A stretch of 64,000 bases of DNA from Candidatus Eiseniibacteriota bacterium (lineage in GTDB: Bacteria > Eisenbacteria > RBG-16-71-46). The DNA lies in the NCBI GenBank assembly GCA_031370785.1, contig JANMQY010000060.1:47889-111888 (forward strand), given 5' to 3'. The notes beneath the pieces are model-generated. The model searched no databases and was not told the DNA's origin. It was given only the letters and a program-made list of their open reading frames with translations. The stretch's first letter is position 1. Each line of letters starts with the position of its first letter. Both the position numbers and the translations under genes were made by a program. This document shows, piece by piece, positions 51,095 through 62,223 of this stretch.

Positions 51095-52279
51095 GTGGCT
51101 CCGGACGCACCACGACTGATCCTTCGCAAGAACCAGGACCGCCGCGTGCGTGGCGGCCATCCCTGGATCTTCAGCAACGAGATCGCGGAGCTCGAGGGCG
51201 AGGTCGAGAACGGAGATCTGGTCGACGTCACCGACTTCCGTGGCGCATTTCTCGGCCGCGCCTACTACAACGCCCACAGCCTGATTGCCGCACGACTGCT
51301 CACCCGCGGCCGCGACCCGATCGACGCCGCTTTCTTCGCGCGGAGATTCGAGCGCGCGCTGCGCCTGCGCGAAGGAGTGCTGCCCGGCGCTGCCGCGGTG
51401 CGGCTCGTCTACGGCGAGTCGGACCAGGTTCCGGGGCTGGTCGTGGACCGCTACGGCGACGTGCTGGTGGCGCAGGTCCTCACGCTCGGCATCGAGCGGC
51501 GCGCGGAGATGGTGCGCGAGGCGCTCGAGCACGTCTTCCGCCCACGCGGGTGTGTGAGGGCGGCCGATGCTCCGGTGCGTTCGCTCGAGGGCCTGCCGCT
51601 CGAGCGCGGGACCTGGTGGGGCGAGGTGCCGCCGCGGCTCGAGGTCGAGGTCGAGGGGTTCAGGATCGAAGTCGACCTCGAGCACGGCCAGAAGACCGGG
51701 CTGTTCCTCGATCAACGCCTGAACCGCCGCCAGGCGGAAGCGCGGGCGTCCGGCCGGCGGGTGCTGGACGCATTCTGCTATCAGGGACAGTGGGCCCTGC
51801 ACGCCGCACGAGGCGGCGCCAGGGAGGTCGTGGCGCTGGACAGCTCGAAGGGGGCGCTGGCCGCCGCGGCGCGTAACTTCGAGCGCAACGGAGTCGCCGA
51901 CCGCGTGCGCCTGCTCGAGGGCGATGCGTTCGATACGCTGCGCGATCTCGAGCGCGCCGGGGAGCGGTTTGGGCTCGTCGTCCTCGACCCGCCGGCGCTC
52001 ATCAAGTCACGCAAGAGCCTCGAAGCCGGCGCGCGCGCCTACCGCGACCTGAACCGGGTCGCCATGCGCCTGCTGGACGAGGAGGGCACGCTCATCACCT
52101 GCTCGTGCAGCCACCACCTGGACGACGGGCTCTTCCAGCAGCTGCTGATCGAGGCCGCCCGCGCCGCGCACCGGCCGTTTCGCATCGCCGAGTGGAGCGG
52201 GGCGGCGCCCGACCATCCGCGCCTGCTCGCGGTGCCCGAGACCCACTACCTCAAGTGCGCGGTGCTTCACGCCCTGTGA
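51095..52279 (+). CDS. rlmI: RlmI-family SAM-dependent rRNA methyltransferase with PUA domain
   Basis: GHPWIFSNE, ESDQVPGLVVDRY, GQKTGLFLDQR, LDPPA, CSCS, PETHYLK. Confidence 0.85.
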   Translation: MAPDAPRLILRKNQDRRVRGGHPWIFSNEIAELEGEVENGDLVDVTDFRGAFLGRAYYNAHSLIAARLLTRGRDPIDAAFFARRFERALRLREGVLPGAAAVRLVYGESDQVPGLVVDRYGDVLVAQVLTLGIERRAEMVREALEHVFRPRGCVRAADAPVRSLEGLPLERGTWWGEVPPRLEVEVEGFRIEVDLEHGQKTGLFLDQRLNRRQAEARASGRRVLDAFCYQGQWALHAARGGAREVVALDSSKGALAAAARNFERNGVADRVRLLEGDAFDTLRDLERAGERFGLVVLDPPALIKSRKSLEAGARAYRDLNRVAMRLLDEEGTLITCSCSHHLDDGLFQQLLIEAARAAHRPFRIAEWSGAAPDHPRLLAVPETHYLKCAVLHAL

Positions 52280-52407
52280 CCGCGTCGGCCGGGCGGCCAT
52301 GTCCGCCGCCCGGCATCGTGGCGGCCGTGCTCGGCGCGCCACCGCCAAGCGGCTATGCTCGGCGCGCCTGGGCGGAGCGGCCCGGCACTTTCTCCGAGGA
52401 GGGACTC

Positions 52408-52803
52408 ATGCTTCGCAGAATTCTGATTCCGGCGCTCGCCCTGATCGTCGCTGTCGGGTGCAGCTCGGGCCTCGAGCGTCCGGTCGTGAGCGTGGACGCG
52501 AGGAGCGACGCCCGGGGCGTGCAGCGCGTCGAAGTCGCCATGCACAGCTTCTGGTTCGAGCCCAACCGAATCGTCGTGCACGCCGGGCACCCGGTCGAGC
52601 TGGTGTTCAAGAACCACTCGTGGCTGGTGCCGCACAACTTCACGATCGTCGATCCCGACATGGCGGTCGAACGTTCGCTCTGGCCGCTCGGCTCACACGT
52701 CGAGCGCCTGAACCCCAGGAAGCCCGGCGAATACAGGTTCTTCTGTCATGTGGACGGCCATGGGAAGAAGGGCATGAGAGGCACGCTGGTGGTGGTGCCG
52801 TGA
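52408..52803 (+). CDS. Cupredoxin (blue copper) domain lipoprotein
   Basis: Lipobox VAVGC; PHNF and FFCHVDGHGKKGMRG type-1 copper ligands. Confidence 0.85.
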   Translation: MLRRILIPALALIVAVGCSSGLERPVVSVDARSDARGVQRVEVAMHSFWFEPNRIVVHAGHPVELVFKNHSWLVPHNFTIVDPDMAVERSLWPLGSHVERLNPRKPGEYRFFCHVDGHGKKGMRGTLVVVP

Positions 52804-52810
52804 GGCCGCG

Positions 52811-53104
52811 TCACTCCACGGGCTTCGTGGCCACCGACTTCTTCACTTCGTCGACGTAGTTCATGCGCAGCTCGGTGAGCACCTGCTGGAGCACGCGCGC
52901 CTCGTCCGGCTCGAGCTGGCCGCGCGTGCGCATTTCGAGTGCGGCGAGGGTGTCGATGGTGTCGCGCGCCATGTCGAGATTGGTCTCGATCTTCCGGGAG
53001 AGAGGGTTCATGAGCTTGCCGAGCGACATCATGCCGCTCTGCTGGAGCCCGAGCACGAGCTGAAGGAACAGCGCGGCCTGGCGCGAGGGGTTGGCGTCGG
53101 TCAC
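52811..53104 (-). CDS. DUF1844-like small helical protein
   Basis: LGKL.NP...NL..AR.TID.L..LE.RT.G.L...E...L...L.ELRM.Y pattern; coupled to mazG by GTGA. Confidence 0.75.
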   Translation of the reverse strand: MTDANPSRQAALFLQLVLGLQQSGMMSLGKLMNPLSRKIETNLDMARDTIDTLAALEMRTRGQLEPDEARVLQQVLTELRMNYVDEVKKSVATKPVE

Positions 53105-53940
53105 GGTTTTTCTCCGCTCGCCGCCGGCGTTGCCGATCGGGCGCGAGCCAGCGCCTTCGCCTCTTCCCACAGCAGATCCATCTCGGCGAGCGAAGCCTCG
53201 AGCGGCGAGGATCCCTTCTCGGCCAGCCGGCGCTCGATGTGGTGGAAACGGTCGCGGAATCGATGGAGCGAGGCGTGCAACTCGCGCTCGGGATCCACGC
53301 GCAGGTGCCGCGCCACGTTCACCGTGGCGAACAGCAGGTCGCCGATCTCACGCGCGAGCTCGGGCGTGGTGTCGCCGCCCAGCGCCTGCTCGAGCTCGCC
53401 GACCTCTTCGCGCAGCTTGGCGAGCGCGCCCGAGACTTCCGGCCAGTCGAACCCCACCGCTCCTGCTTTCTCCTGAATGCGGTACGCGGCCACGAGCGCG
53501 GGCAGGCCCTTCGGCTGCTCGCCGAGAAGCGAGGCAGCCGGATCGGCGCCCGCGGCGGTCTTCTCGGCCTTTTTGATCTCCTGCCACTGCCGGTAGGCCG
53601 CATCGCCGTCGCCGATGACCGCGTTCCCATAAACGTGCGGGTGACGGCGGATGAGCTTGAGCGCCGCCTGCTCGAGCGCTGCGGCCGGCGCGATTCCATG
53701 TTCTGCCTCGAGCAGATCGAGGCAGAAGATCACGAGGAATCCCAGGTCGCCCAGCTCCTCGGCGATGTGCTCGGCATCTCCCGAAGCGATCGCCTCGCCC
53801 GACTCGACGGCCTCTTCGGTGAGGTAGGGCGTCATGCTGGTCAGGGTCTGCTCGCGGTCCCACGGGCAGCCGTCCGGGCCACGCAGGCGGCGGCAGACCT
53901 CGACCAGCTGCTCGTAGGCCTTCCGCTCGCGATCGGTCAT
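53101..53940 (-). CDS. mazG: Nucleoside triphosphate pyrophosphohydrolase
   Basis: LRGPDGCPWDREQT, EELGDL, KLIRRHPHVY, GFDW, EIGDLLF. Confidence 0.95.
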   Translation of the reverse strand: MTDRERKAYEQLVEVCRRLRGPDGCPWDREQTLTSMTPYLTEEAVESGEAIASGDAEHIAEELGDLGFLVIFCLDLLEAEHGIAPAAALEQAALKLIRRHPHVYGNAVIGDGDAAYRQWQEIKKAEKTAAGADPAASLLGEQPKGLPALVAAYRIQEKAGAVGFDWPEVSGALAKLREEVGELEQALGGDTTPELAREIGDLLFATVNVARHLRVDPERELHASLHRFRDRFHHIERRLAEKGSSPLEASLAEMDLLWEEAKALARARSATPAASGEKP

Positions 53941-54008
53941 GCACGGACTCTAGCGGATGGGCGGAACGAGGCGCAAAAGGCGGCAGGCGCGAACGCGCTG
54001 CCCCGCGT

Positions 54009-54566
54009 TCACGCCTCGCCGTGCGCCGGGCGCCGGCGCAGCATCAGCCACAGGATGCCGAGCAGCAGCGCGAACGCCGCGAGCGGGATCAGCACGGCCG
54101 CAGCCGTGAGCGCCAGAGTCACACCGTCCTCGGCCAGCGACAGCAGCGGATTCAGGTGGCCCAGGGTCAGCGCGGTGGATCCGAGCCGGGTCTTCGCCTT
54201 GAGCGCATGAACGCCGAGCGCGCCCGCGCTGCATGCGACCGCGAGCAGCGCACCGATCGGAACCGGCAAATGCGGCAGCACGCCCAGCGCCACCACCGCC
54301 GCGGCGGCCGGGCGCAGCACGGTACCGGCCACGTCGAGCGCGTGATCCACGATCGGGAACTTGTCGGCCGCGATCTCGACCACGGTTGCGAGCCCGAGGG
54401 CGACCAGCGCCGGGTCCGACGAGAGCCACGCGAACGAAGGACCGAGCTGCAGCACTCCGAATCGTGCGGCCAGACCCAGCGCGAGCGGCGGAAGGAAGGC
54501 ACGCAGGCCGCACGCCGCGGCCAGCGTGATCCCGGTCATCGCCGCCAGCACCAGCGATGCATCCAT
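54009..54566 (-). CDS. DUF4126-like membrane protein
   Basis: ACGLRAFLP, EIAADKFP.VDHALD, NPLLSLAED. Confidence 0.8.
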   Translation of the reverse strand: MDASLVLAAMTGITLAAACGLRAFLPPLALGLAARFGVLQLGPSFAWLSSDPALVALGLATVVEIAADKFPIVDHALDVAGTVLRPAAAAVVALGVLPHLPVPIGALLAVACSAGALGVHALKAKTRLGSTALTLGHLNPLLSLAEDGVTLALTAAAVLIPLAAFALLLGILWLMLRRRPAHGEA

Positions 54567-54690
54567 GCCGCCTCCGATGGGTTGCGCGTCGCGCGCGGGC
54601 TGCTATGCTCCGCGCCCCTTAAGATCGGCGTTGGTGTCCTCTACGGGCGCTTCCGCGCGATCCAGTTCGACGGCTCAGGGAGGATGCACG

Positions 54691-55920
54691 GTGTCGATGC
54701 CGGTGTCCACGTGGGTGGAAGTGGATCTGGACCGATTCGCCGGCAATCTGCGCGCGATCCGCGGGCGGATCGGCGAAGGGTGCGAACTCTTCCTCGTGGT
54801 GAAGGCCGACGCCTACGGACACGGCGCGGTCGAGATGGCGGAAGCCGCGGAGCGCGAGGGCGTCGCGTATCTGGGTGTGGCCACGCTGCACGAGGGAATC
54901 CAGCTGCGTCAGGCCGGCTCGCGCCTTCCGGTGATCGTGCTCTCGCCGCTGCTGGCAAGCGAGATCGGCGAGGCGCTGGCCCACGATCTCGATCCCACCG
55001 TGTGCGACCTCGAATTCGCTCGGGCGCTCTCGGACTGCGCTCGCGCCGCGGGCAAGCCGGCGCGCTGCCACGTCGAGATCGACACCGGCATGGGACGGAT
55101 CGGCGTGCGCGAAGAGGACGCCGAGGGGTTTCTCGCCGAACTTGCCGAGCTGCCGGGCTTGAGAGTGGCGAGCGCCTACACGCACTTTCCCGACGCAGAT
55201 TCCGCGGACCTCTCGTTCAGCAACGCGCAGGCGGCGCGCTTCGGCGCTCTGCTCGAGCGTCTCGAGAAGCGGGGCTTGAAGCCCCCTCGCGCGCACGCAG
55301 CGAACAGCGCCGGGACGCTGAACCTGCCCGAGGCCCACCTGGATTGGGTCCGGGTCGGGCTGATCGCCTACGGCCATCGCCCGCCCGACACGCCCGACAT
55401 CGCGCTTCAGCCGGTGATGTCGCTCAAGAGCCGGCTGGTACAGATCCGCACGCTGCCCGCGGGCGCGACGATCAGCTACGGCCGCACTTTCGTCACGTCG
55501 CGCCCGACCCGGGTGGGCGTGGTGCCGGTCGGCTACGGCCACGGCTACTCGTGGCTGCTCTCGAACCGCGGCTCGATGCTCGTCAACGGCTCACACGCAC
55601 CGATCCTCGGCCGCGTGACCATGGACCTGACCATGGTGGACCTGGAGGCCGCGCCGAACGCGCGCGTGGGCGACGAGGTCGTGCTGTTCGGCGAGCAGCA
55701 GGGCGCGAGCCTGCCGCTCGAGGAGGTGGCGCGCTGGAGCGAGACGCTGCCCTACGAAATCATGTGCACCATCGGCAAGCGCGTCTCCCGGATCTATCTG
55801 AGCGGTGGACGTCCGATCAAGATGACGTCGCTGGTCGGCGAGCGCGCCGAATGGGTCGAACAGGCCGCGGATCACTTCCGCATGCGGGCGCAGGCGCTCG
55901 CCGCGGCAAAGCGCGGCTGA
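54691..55920 (+). CDS. alr: Alanine racemase
   Basis: VVKADAYGHG, IDTGMGRIG, ISYG, GRVTMD, YEIMC. Confidence 0.95.
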   Translation: MSMPVSTWVEVDLDRFAGNLRAIRGRIGEGCELFLVVKADAYGHGAVEMAEAAEREGVAYLGVATLHEGIQLRQAGSRLPVIVLSPLLASEIGEALAHDLDPTVCDLEFARALSDCARAAGKPARCHVEIDTGMGRIGVREEDAEGFLAELAELPGLRVASAYTHFPDADSADLSFSNAQAARFGALLERLEKRGLKPPRAHAANSAGTLNLPEAHLDWVRVGLIAYGHRPPDTPDIALQPVMSLKSRLVQIRTLPAGATISYGRTFVTSRPTRVGVVPVGYGHGYSWLLSNRGSMLVNGSHAPILGRVTMDLTMVDLEAAPNARVGDEVVLFGEQQGASLPLEEVARWSETLPYEIMCTIGKRVSRIYLSGGRPIKMTSLVGERAEWVEQAADHFRMRAQALAAAKRG

Positions 55921-55922
55921 GC

Positions 55923-57086
55923 ATGCGTGCGTTCCTCATCGTGCTGGATGGCGTCGGGATCGGCGAGCTGCCCGACGCCGCCGACTATGGCGACCGCGGC
56001 AGCGACACCCTCACCCACGTGGCGCGGGCGGTGGGCGGCCTGTGCGCTCCGAATCTCGAGCGTCTGGGTCTCGGGCGGCTCGCGGAGGTTTCCGGAGTGC
56101 GCGCCGTCGCCGAGCCGCGCGCGGCGTTCGGCCGGCTCGCGGAGCGCTCGAAGGGCAAGGACAGCACGAGCGGGCACTGGGAGCTTGCGGGACTCGTCCT
56201 CGATCGGGCTTTTCCGACCTACCCGCACGGATTTCCCGAGGACCTGCTCGAGCGCTTCTCGGAACGCGTCGGCCGCGGCTGGATCGGCAACGTTGCCGCA
56301 TCGGGAACCGAGATCATCGATCGGCTCGGCGAGCGCCATCAGCGCACCGGCGATCTCATCGTGTACACTTCGGCCGACAGCGTCTTTCAGATTGCCGCGC
56401 ACGAAAGCACCGTGCCACTCGAGGAGCTCTACAGGGTGTGCCGCGAAGCGCGCCAGCTCCTGGCCGGTGAGCACGCCGTGGGCCGCGTGATCGCGCGCCC
56501 GTTCGTCGGGAGTCCCGGCGCCTACCGGCGCACCGCGAACCGGCGCGACTTCTCGCTCGAACCTCCCGGCGCGACGCTGCTCGATCGCGTCAGCCGCTCG
56601 GGCCGTCCGGTGATCACCGTGGGTAAGGTGGACGATCTGTTCGCCGGTCGTGGCGTGACCGAGGGAATTCACACGGAGAGCAATGCGGAAGGCGAGGAGG
56701 CACTGGTGGCGCTGTCGCGAAGAAGCGGGGAAGGACTGGTGTTTGCGAACCTGGTCGATTTCGACCAGCTTTACGGGCATCGCAATGACGCGCCCGGTTT
56801 CGCGCGTGCGCTGGAAGCGTTCGATGCGCGTCTCGAGGAGCTGCTCGCGCACCTGAGGAGCGACGAAATGTGCGTGATCACCGCGGATCACGGGAACGAT
56901 CCGACCACGCCCGGCACAGACCACTCGCGCGAGTACGTTCCGCTGCTGGTGGCCGGGCCGCGGGTGCGCGCCGCGGATCTGGGCACCCGCGACACGCTCG
57001 CGGACGTCGGCGCGACGCTGGCCGAGCTGTTCGGCGTAGGGCCGCTCGCGAACGGACGCAGCTTTCTCGGGGAGGTGCGCGGGTGA
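55923..57086 (+). CDS. deoB: Phosphopentomutase
   Basis: VLDGVGIGELPDA, GKDSTSGHWE, YTSADSVFQIAAHE, DFDQLYGHRND, TADHGNDP. Confidence 0.95.
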   Translation: MRAFLIVLDGVGIGELPDAADYGDRGSDTLTHVARAVGGLCAPNLERLGLGRLAEVSGVRAVAEPRAAFGRLAERSKGKDSTSGHWELAGLVLDRAFPTYPHGFPEDLLERFSERVGRGWIGNVAASGTEIIDRLGERHQRTGDLIVYTSADSVFQIAAHESTVPLEELYRVCREARQLLAGEHAVGRVIARPFVGSPGAYRRTANRRDFSLEPPGATLLDRVSRSGRPVITVGKVDDLFAGRGVTEGIHTESNAEGEEALVALSRRSGEGLVFANLVDFDQLYGHRNDAPGFARALEAFDARLEELLAHLRSDEMCVITADHGNDPTTPGTDHSREYVPLLVAGPRVRAADLGTRDTLADVGATLAELFGVGPLANGRSFLGEVRG

Positions 57087-57477
57087 AGGCGAAGGACCTG
57101 ATGCGCGAAGCCGAGAAGGCGCGAGGTCACGCGTACGCCCCCTACTCCGAGTTCCCGGTCGGGGCCGCCCTGCTCACGCGAGACGGCAAGGTGATCCACG
57201 GCTGCAATGTCGAGAACGCGTCGTACGGGCTCTCGGTGTGCGCCGAGCGCAACGCGATCTGGAAGGCGGTGAGCGACGGCGTGCGTGATTTCGCGGCGAT
57301 CGCCATCACCGCTCGCCAGGGGCACGGCGCGCCCCCGTGCGGCTCGTGCCGGCAGGTGCTTCACGAATTCTCGCCGAACGCCTGGGTGTACTGGCGCGAT
57401 GCGAGCGGACGCATCCTTCGCCGCCGGCTGAGCGCGCTGCTGCCCTTGGCCTTCCGCAGGAAGATGCTGAGGCGGCG

Positions 57478-57481
<4 letters not shown>
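57083..57481 (+). CDS. cdd: Cytidine deaminase (homotetrameric type)
   Basis: [31 protein letters not shown]. Confidence 0.95.
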
Positions 57482-58419
<938 letters not shown>

Positions 58420-58424
58420 AGCCA

Positions 58425-59783
58425 GTGCTCGACGCCCGCGAGTTCCTGCGCGAGAAGCGCGAGGGCCGCGCTCACCGCCCCGAATCCGTACGCGAGTTCA
58501 TCGCGGCATTCGCGCGCGGCGAGCTGCCCGACTACGTGGTCAGCGCCTGGCTCATGGCGGCGTTCCTCAACGGGCTGGACGAAGCCGAGACCGACGCACT
58601 CACCGAAGCGCTGCTGCACTCGGGTCGCATGTTCGACTGGAGCGCACTCGGCCGGCCGAGCGCCGACAAGCACTCCACCGGCGGAGTCGGCGACAAGATC
58701 TCGCTGATCCTCGCACCGCTGGTGGCCGCCTGCGACGTGCTGGTTCCGATGGTTTCCGGTCGCGGGCTCGGACACACCGGCGGCACGCTCGACAAGCTCG
58801 AAAGCATTCCCGGCTTTCGCACTCAGCTTTCGCCCGAGGGGATGCGCGCCCAACTCGACCGGATCGGCGTCGTGATGGTCGGGCAGGGTCCCGACCTGGC
58901 GCCGGCCGATGGCCGCCTCTACGCATTGCGCGATGTGACCGCGACGGTCGAGCGCGACTATTTCATCGTGCCCAGCATCGTCAGCAAGAAGATCGCCGAG
59001 GGCGCAGGCGCGATCGTGTACGACGTCAAGTGCGGCAACGGAGCGTTCATGAAGTCACGCGAGGCGGCGGGCGCGCTGGCGCGTCGGCTGGTGCGCGCCA
59101 CGCGCGCGCAGGGGCGCGGCGCGGCGGCGTGGGTCACGGACATGAGCCAGCCGCTCGGCGAGCGTGTCGGGAACGCGCTCGAAGTCGGCGAAGCCATGGA
59201 AGTGCTCAGGGGCGGCGGGCCGGCCGACGTGCGTACGCTCACGCTCGAGCTCGCCGCGGGAATGCTGCTTCTTGCGGGTGTCGAGCGCGAGCCGGTTGCG
59301 GCGCGTGTGCACGCCGAGCGCGCACTGGCGAGCGGAGAGGCGTGGGAGAAGTGGGTGGCACTGGTCGCAGCGCAGGGCGGTGACACCGCCACCATCGAAA
59401 AGCCCGAACGCCTGCCTCAGGCTCCGATCGTGCGCCAGGTGATCGCTCCTCGCTCCGGCATGCTGGTCGCGGTGGACACCTTCGCGCTTGGTGAGCTGGT
59501 GGTGGCGCTGGGCGGTGGGCGACGAGCGATCGGAGATGCGGTGGATCCTCGAGTCGGGCTCGTGGTGCGCCGCCGGATCGGCGATGCCTGCGCTGCCGGC
59601 GACACGGTCGCGGAGCTGCACCTGGCGGCGGAAGAGAGCGGCGCTGTGGCGCGCGCACAGGCCTGCTTCAGGATCGGCGAGGGCCCGGTGGCTGCTCCCG
59701 AGCTGATCCTCGAGCGCGTGATGTCGGAAGAAACAGGCGCGTCTTCCGCGGGGCGATCTCCGGCGCGAGCGTCGCGAAACTGA
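58425..59783 (+). CDS. pdp: Pyrimidine-nucleoside / thymidine phosphorylase
   Basis: DKHSTGGVGDK, SGRGLGHTGGTLDKLESIPG, YALRDVTATV, DVKCGNGAFMK. Confidence 0.93.
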   Translation: MLDAREFLREKREGRAHRPESVREFIAAFARGELPDYVVSAWLMAAFLNGLDEAETDALTEALLHSGRMFDWSALGRPSADKHSTGGVGDKISLILAPLVAACDVLVPMVSGRGLGHTGGTLDKLESIPGFRTQLSPEGMRAQLDRIGVVMVGQGPDLAPADGRLYALRDVTATVERDYFIVPSIVSKKIAEGAGAIVYDVKCGNGAFMKSREAAGALARRLVRATRAQGRGAAAWVTDMSQPLGERVGNALEVGEAMEVLRGGGPADVRTLTLELAAGMLLLAGVEREPVAARVHAERALASGEAWEKWVALVAAQGGDTATIEKPERLPQAPIVRQVIAPRSGMLVAVDTFALGELVVALGGGRRAIGDAVDPRVGLVVRRRIGDACAAGDTVAELHLAAEESGAVARAQACFRIGEGPVAAPELILERVMSEETGASSAGRSPARASRN

Positions 59784-59879
59784 AGGCCGCCCTTCAGCGT
59801 CGCGAGCGCCGCCTGGCGGATGTTCCCGGCAGCGTCGCGAGGCTGAGGCAGCCGCCAGTGCCTCGAATGAAGCGCCCCG

Positions 59880-62048
59880 CTACGGGTGGATTGTCTCCTT
59901 CGCCCGCTCGAGCGCATCGCGGTCGAGATCGCGAAGGTTCGCCTCATGATCGACCGGAGGAGCCGCGGGCCTGGGCGCATTCTGCAGTGGGTGTCCCGGG
60001 TGGGTGGTGCAGTATTCGGTCGGCTCCGATCCCTCGGCGAACATCTCGCTGGTAACGTTCGGGCACGCGTCGGTCGCGAGCATTCCGGATTCGGCGCAGA
60101 CCAGTCGAGAGGCGGTGCCGGCAGGCACGGGGAAGTCCTCGACCGGCTGACCGCGTGTCGCCCCGATCATGAAGTCTGCCCAGATCGGCAGCGCGGCGCG
60201 CGCACCGGTCATCGCCGGCCCGATCGGCCTCTTCTCGTCGAATCCCACCCACGTGCCGCACACCAGGCTCGGCGTGTATCCTACGAACCACGCATCCATG
60301 TAGTCGTCCATGGTGCCGGTCTTGCCGGCCGCCGGGTTCATGAAGCCGCGCGCTCGCGCGGGAAAGCCTGTGCCATGGTCGACGACGCTCTGCAGCATCG
60401 AAGTCATCACCGATGCCGTTTCTTCGGAGAGCACCTCCATCGGACGCGGCGCGTTCTTCTCGAGCACGGTGCCGTTGCGGTCCTCCACCTTGAGTATGAA
60501 CAGCGGATCGTTTCGGATCCCGCGGTCGGCGAGCACGCCGTAGGCCGAGGTGAGCTCGATCAGCGTGACCTCGCTGGTTCCGAGCGCGAGCGAAAGGTTC
60601 TGGCCGATCGGACTCTTGATACCCATGCGGCGCGCGTAGGTCGCGACCAGCGAGGTGCCGACCTTGCGCAGCAGCTTGATCGCCGGAATGTTGATGGATT
60701 GCTGCAGCGCGTAGCGCAGCGTCACCGGTCCGCGGTAGGCGCGATCGTAGTTCTGAGGTTGATAGAGCTCACCGCTGCCGCCGGGAAATGAAACCGGTTC
60801 GTCGACGATGATATCGGTGGGGTGGAAGCCGTTGTCGATCGCCGCCGTGTAGACGAAGGGCTTGAATGCCGAGCCGGGCTGACGGCGCGCCTGGGTCGCC
60901 CGGTTGAAATTGCTCTGGTTCCAGTCGCGGCCGCCGACGAGGGCGCGCACGTAGCCGTTGCGCGGGTCGATCGCGACCAGAGAGCCCTGCAGGTAGGGCG
61001 AGCGCTGTACCGCACGGGCGCTGTCGGTGGTGGGTGGAACGTAGTTCGCCCGCTGAGGCTTGAGTTTGAGCTCGGTTTCGAGCGCCTGCAGCTGTTTCTC
61101 GAGCGCACGCTCGCCGAGCTGCTGAAGGTCGATGTCGAGCGTCGTCCAGACATGCAGCCCGCCTTCGTAGACCGCGTTCGATCCGTAGCGCTCGTCCAGG
61201 TGCTGGCGGACCATCTCGATGAAGTAGGGAGCGCGGTCGTTGCTGTAACGCACCGGCGTGACTCCGAGCGGCGCGCTCATCGCGCCATCGAATTCCACCT
61301 GGGTGATCGCCTTGGTGGCGAGCATGTTTCGAAGAACCTTGGCGCGGCGAAGGCGCGCCGCGGCCGGGCGGCGTCGCGGCGAATACACACTGGGATTGGC
61401 AGGAAGGCCGGCGATCAGCGCACACTCGGAGAGCGTCAGCTCCTGGACCGGCTTTGCGAAGTAGGTCTTGGCCGCGGCTTCGACTCCGTATGCGCCTTCT
61501 CCGAAGTAGATCTGGTTGAAATACATCTCCAGGATCTGGTCCTTGCTGTAATTCCGTTCGATCTCGATGGCGAGCGCGATCTCCTTGAACTTGCGGGTCA
61601 TCGTTCGTTCATGGGTGAGGAACAGATTGCGCGCGAGCTGCTGGGTGATCGTGCTTCCACCCTGCGCGCGACGCATCTGGAGCACGTCCTGGATGGCGGC
61701 CCGCCCGACGCCCCACAGATCCACCCCCCAGTGCTGATAGAAATTGCGATCCTCGGTCGAGAGCGTGGCATTCACGAGGTAGCGCGGCAGCTGCTTGAGA
61801 GGAACCGTCGAGCGGTTCTCCTTGAAGAACTCGTGCAGTACCCTCCCGCGCGCGTCGTACACGACGGTCTTGACCGGTGCCTGGATCGCGGTGAGCTGCT
61901 CGGGAGTGGGCAGGTCGTGACCCAGCCATTGCACGGTGCCGAACACGACACCGGCTGCGCCGAAAACGACCACGAGAACGATGATGAGGAACAGCTTCCA
62001 CGGAGAGCGTTTCGCTGTGCGCACCGCGCGCAGCGCGGCTTGTTCCAT
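59880..62048 (-). CDS. Class A penicillin-binding protein (PBP1A family)
   Basis: TM anchor; transglycosylase EDRNFYQHWG, GGSTITQQL; transpeptidase SAFK, SIN, KTG. Confidence 0.95.
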   Translation of the reverse strand: MEQAALRAVRTAKRSPWKLFLIIVLVVVFGAAGVVFGTVQWLGHDLPTPEQLTAIQAPVKTVVYDARGRVLHEFFKENRSTVPLKQLPRYLVNATLSTEDRNFYQHWGVDLWGVGRAAIQDVLQMRRAQGGSTITQQLARNLFLTHERTMTRKFKEIALAIEIERNYSKDQILEMYFNQIYFGEGAYGVEAAAKTYFAKPVQELTLSECALIAGLPANPSVYSPRRRPAAARLRRAKVLRNMLATKAITQVEFDGAMSAPLGVTPVRYSNDRAPYFIEMVRQHLDERYGSNAVYEGGLHVWTTLDIDLQQLGERALEKQLQALETELKLKPQRANYVPPTTDSARAVQRSPYLQGSLVAIDPRNGYVRALVGGRDWNQSNFNRATQARRQPGSAFKPFVYTAAIDNGFHPTDIIVDEPVSFPGGSGELYQPQNYDRAYRGPVTLRYALQQSINIPAIKLLRKVGTSLVATYARRMGIKSPIGQNLSLALGTSEVTLIELTSAYGVLADRGIRNDPLFILKVEDRNGTVLEKNAPRPMEVLSEETASVMTSMLQSVVDHGTGFPARARGFMNPAAGKTGTMDDYMDAWFVGYTPSLVCGTWVGFDEKRPIGPAMTGARAALPIWADFMIGATRGQPVEDFPVPAGTASRLVCAESGMLATDACPNVTSEMFAEGSEPTEYCTTHPGHPLQNAPRPAAPPVDHEANLRDLDRDALERAKETIHP

Positions 62049-62149
62049 AGGATCTGGGAGGATGGGCTGCTCCTTTCACTGCTCGTTGCATGACGGACCG
62101 GGCGCCAGGCCGCCGCGGCGCACATCCCGGGCGCCACGAGGCGGACTGG

Positions 62150-62178
62150 TTGCCGCCATGCCGGGGCCATCTTAGAAT
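62150..62178 (+). promoter_or_regulatory. tyrS promoter whose -10 overlaps an opposite-strand -10 facing PBP1A
   Basis: Plus TTGCCG-17-TAGAAT; minus TAAGAT at 62174-62169. Confidence 0.5.
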
Positions 62179-62223
62179 CCCGCGCTCCGATGTTCCAGTC
62201 GGCTGCTCCAGCCCCGAGGCCCT

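Noticed and set aside
54021..57086. Apparent giant fusions in the ORF track (1021-aa DeoB, 783-aa RlmI, 816-aa ABC, 593-aa MobA, 674-aa AnmK)
   Set aside because: These result from extending to the furthest upstream start. The real starts abut or overlap the preceding stop codons, and the extensions overlap other genes.
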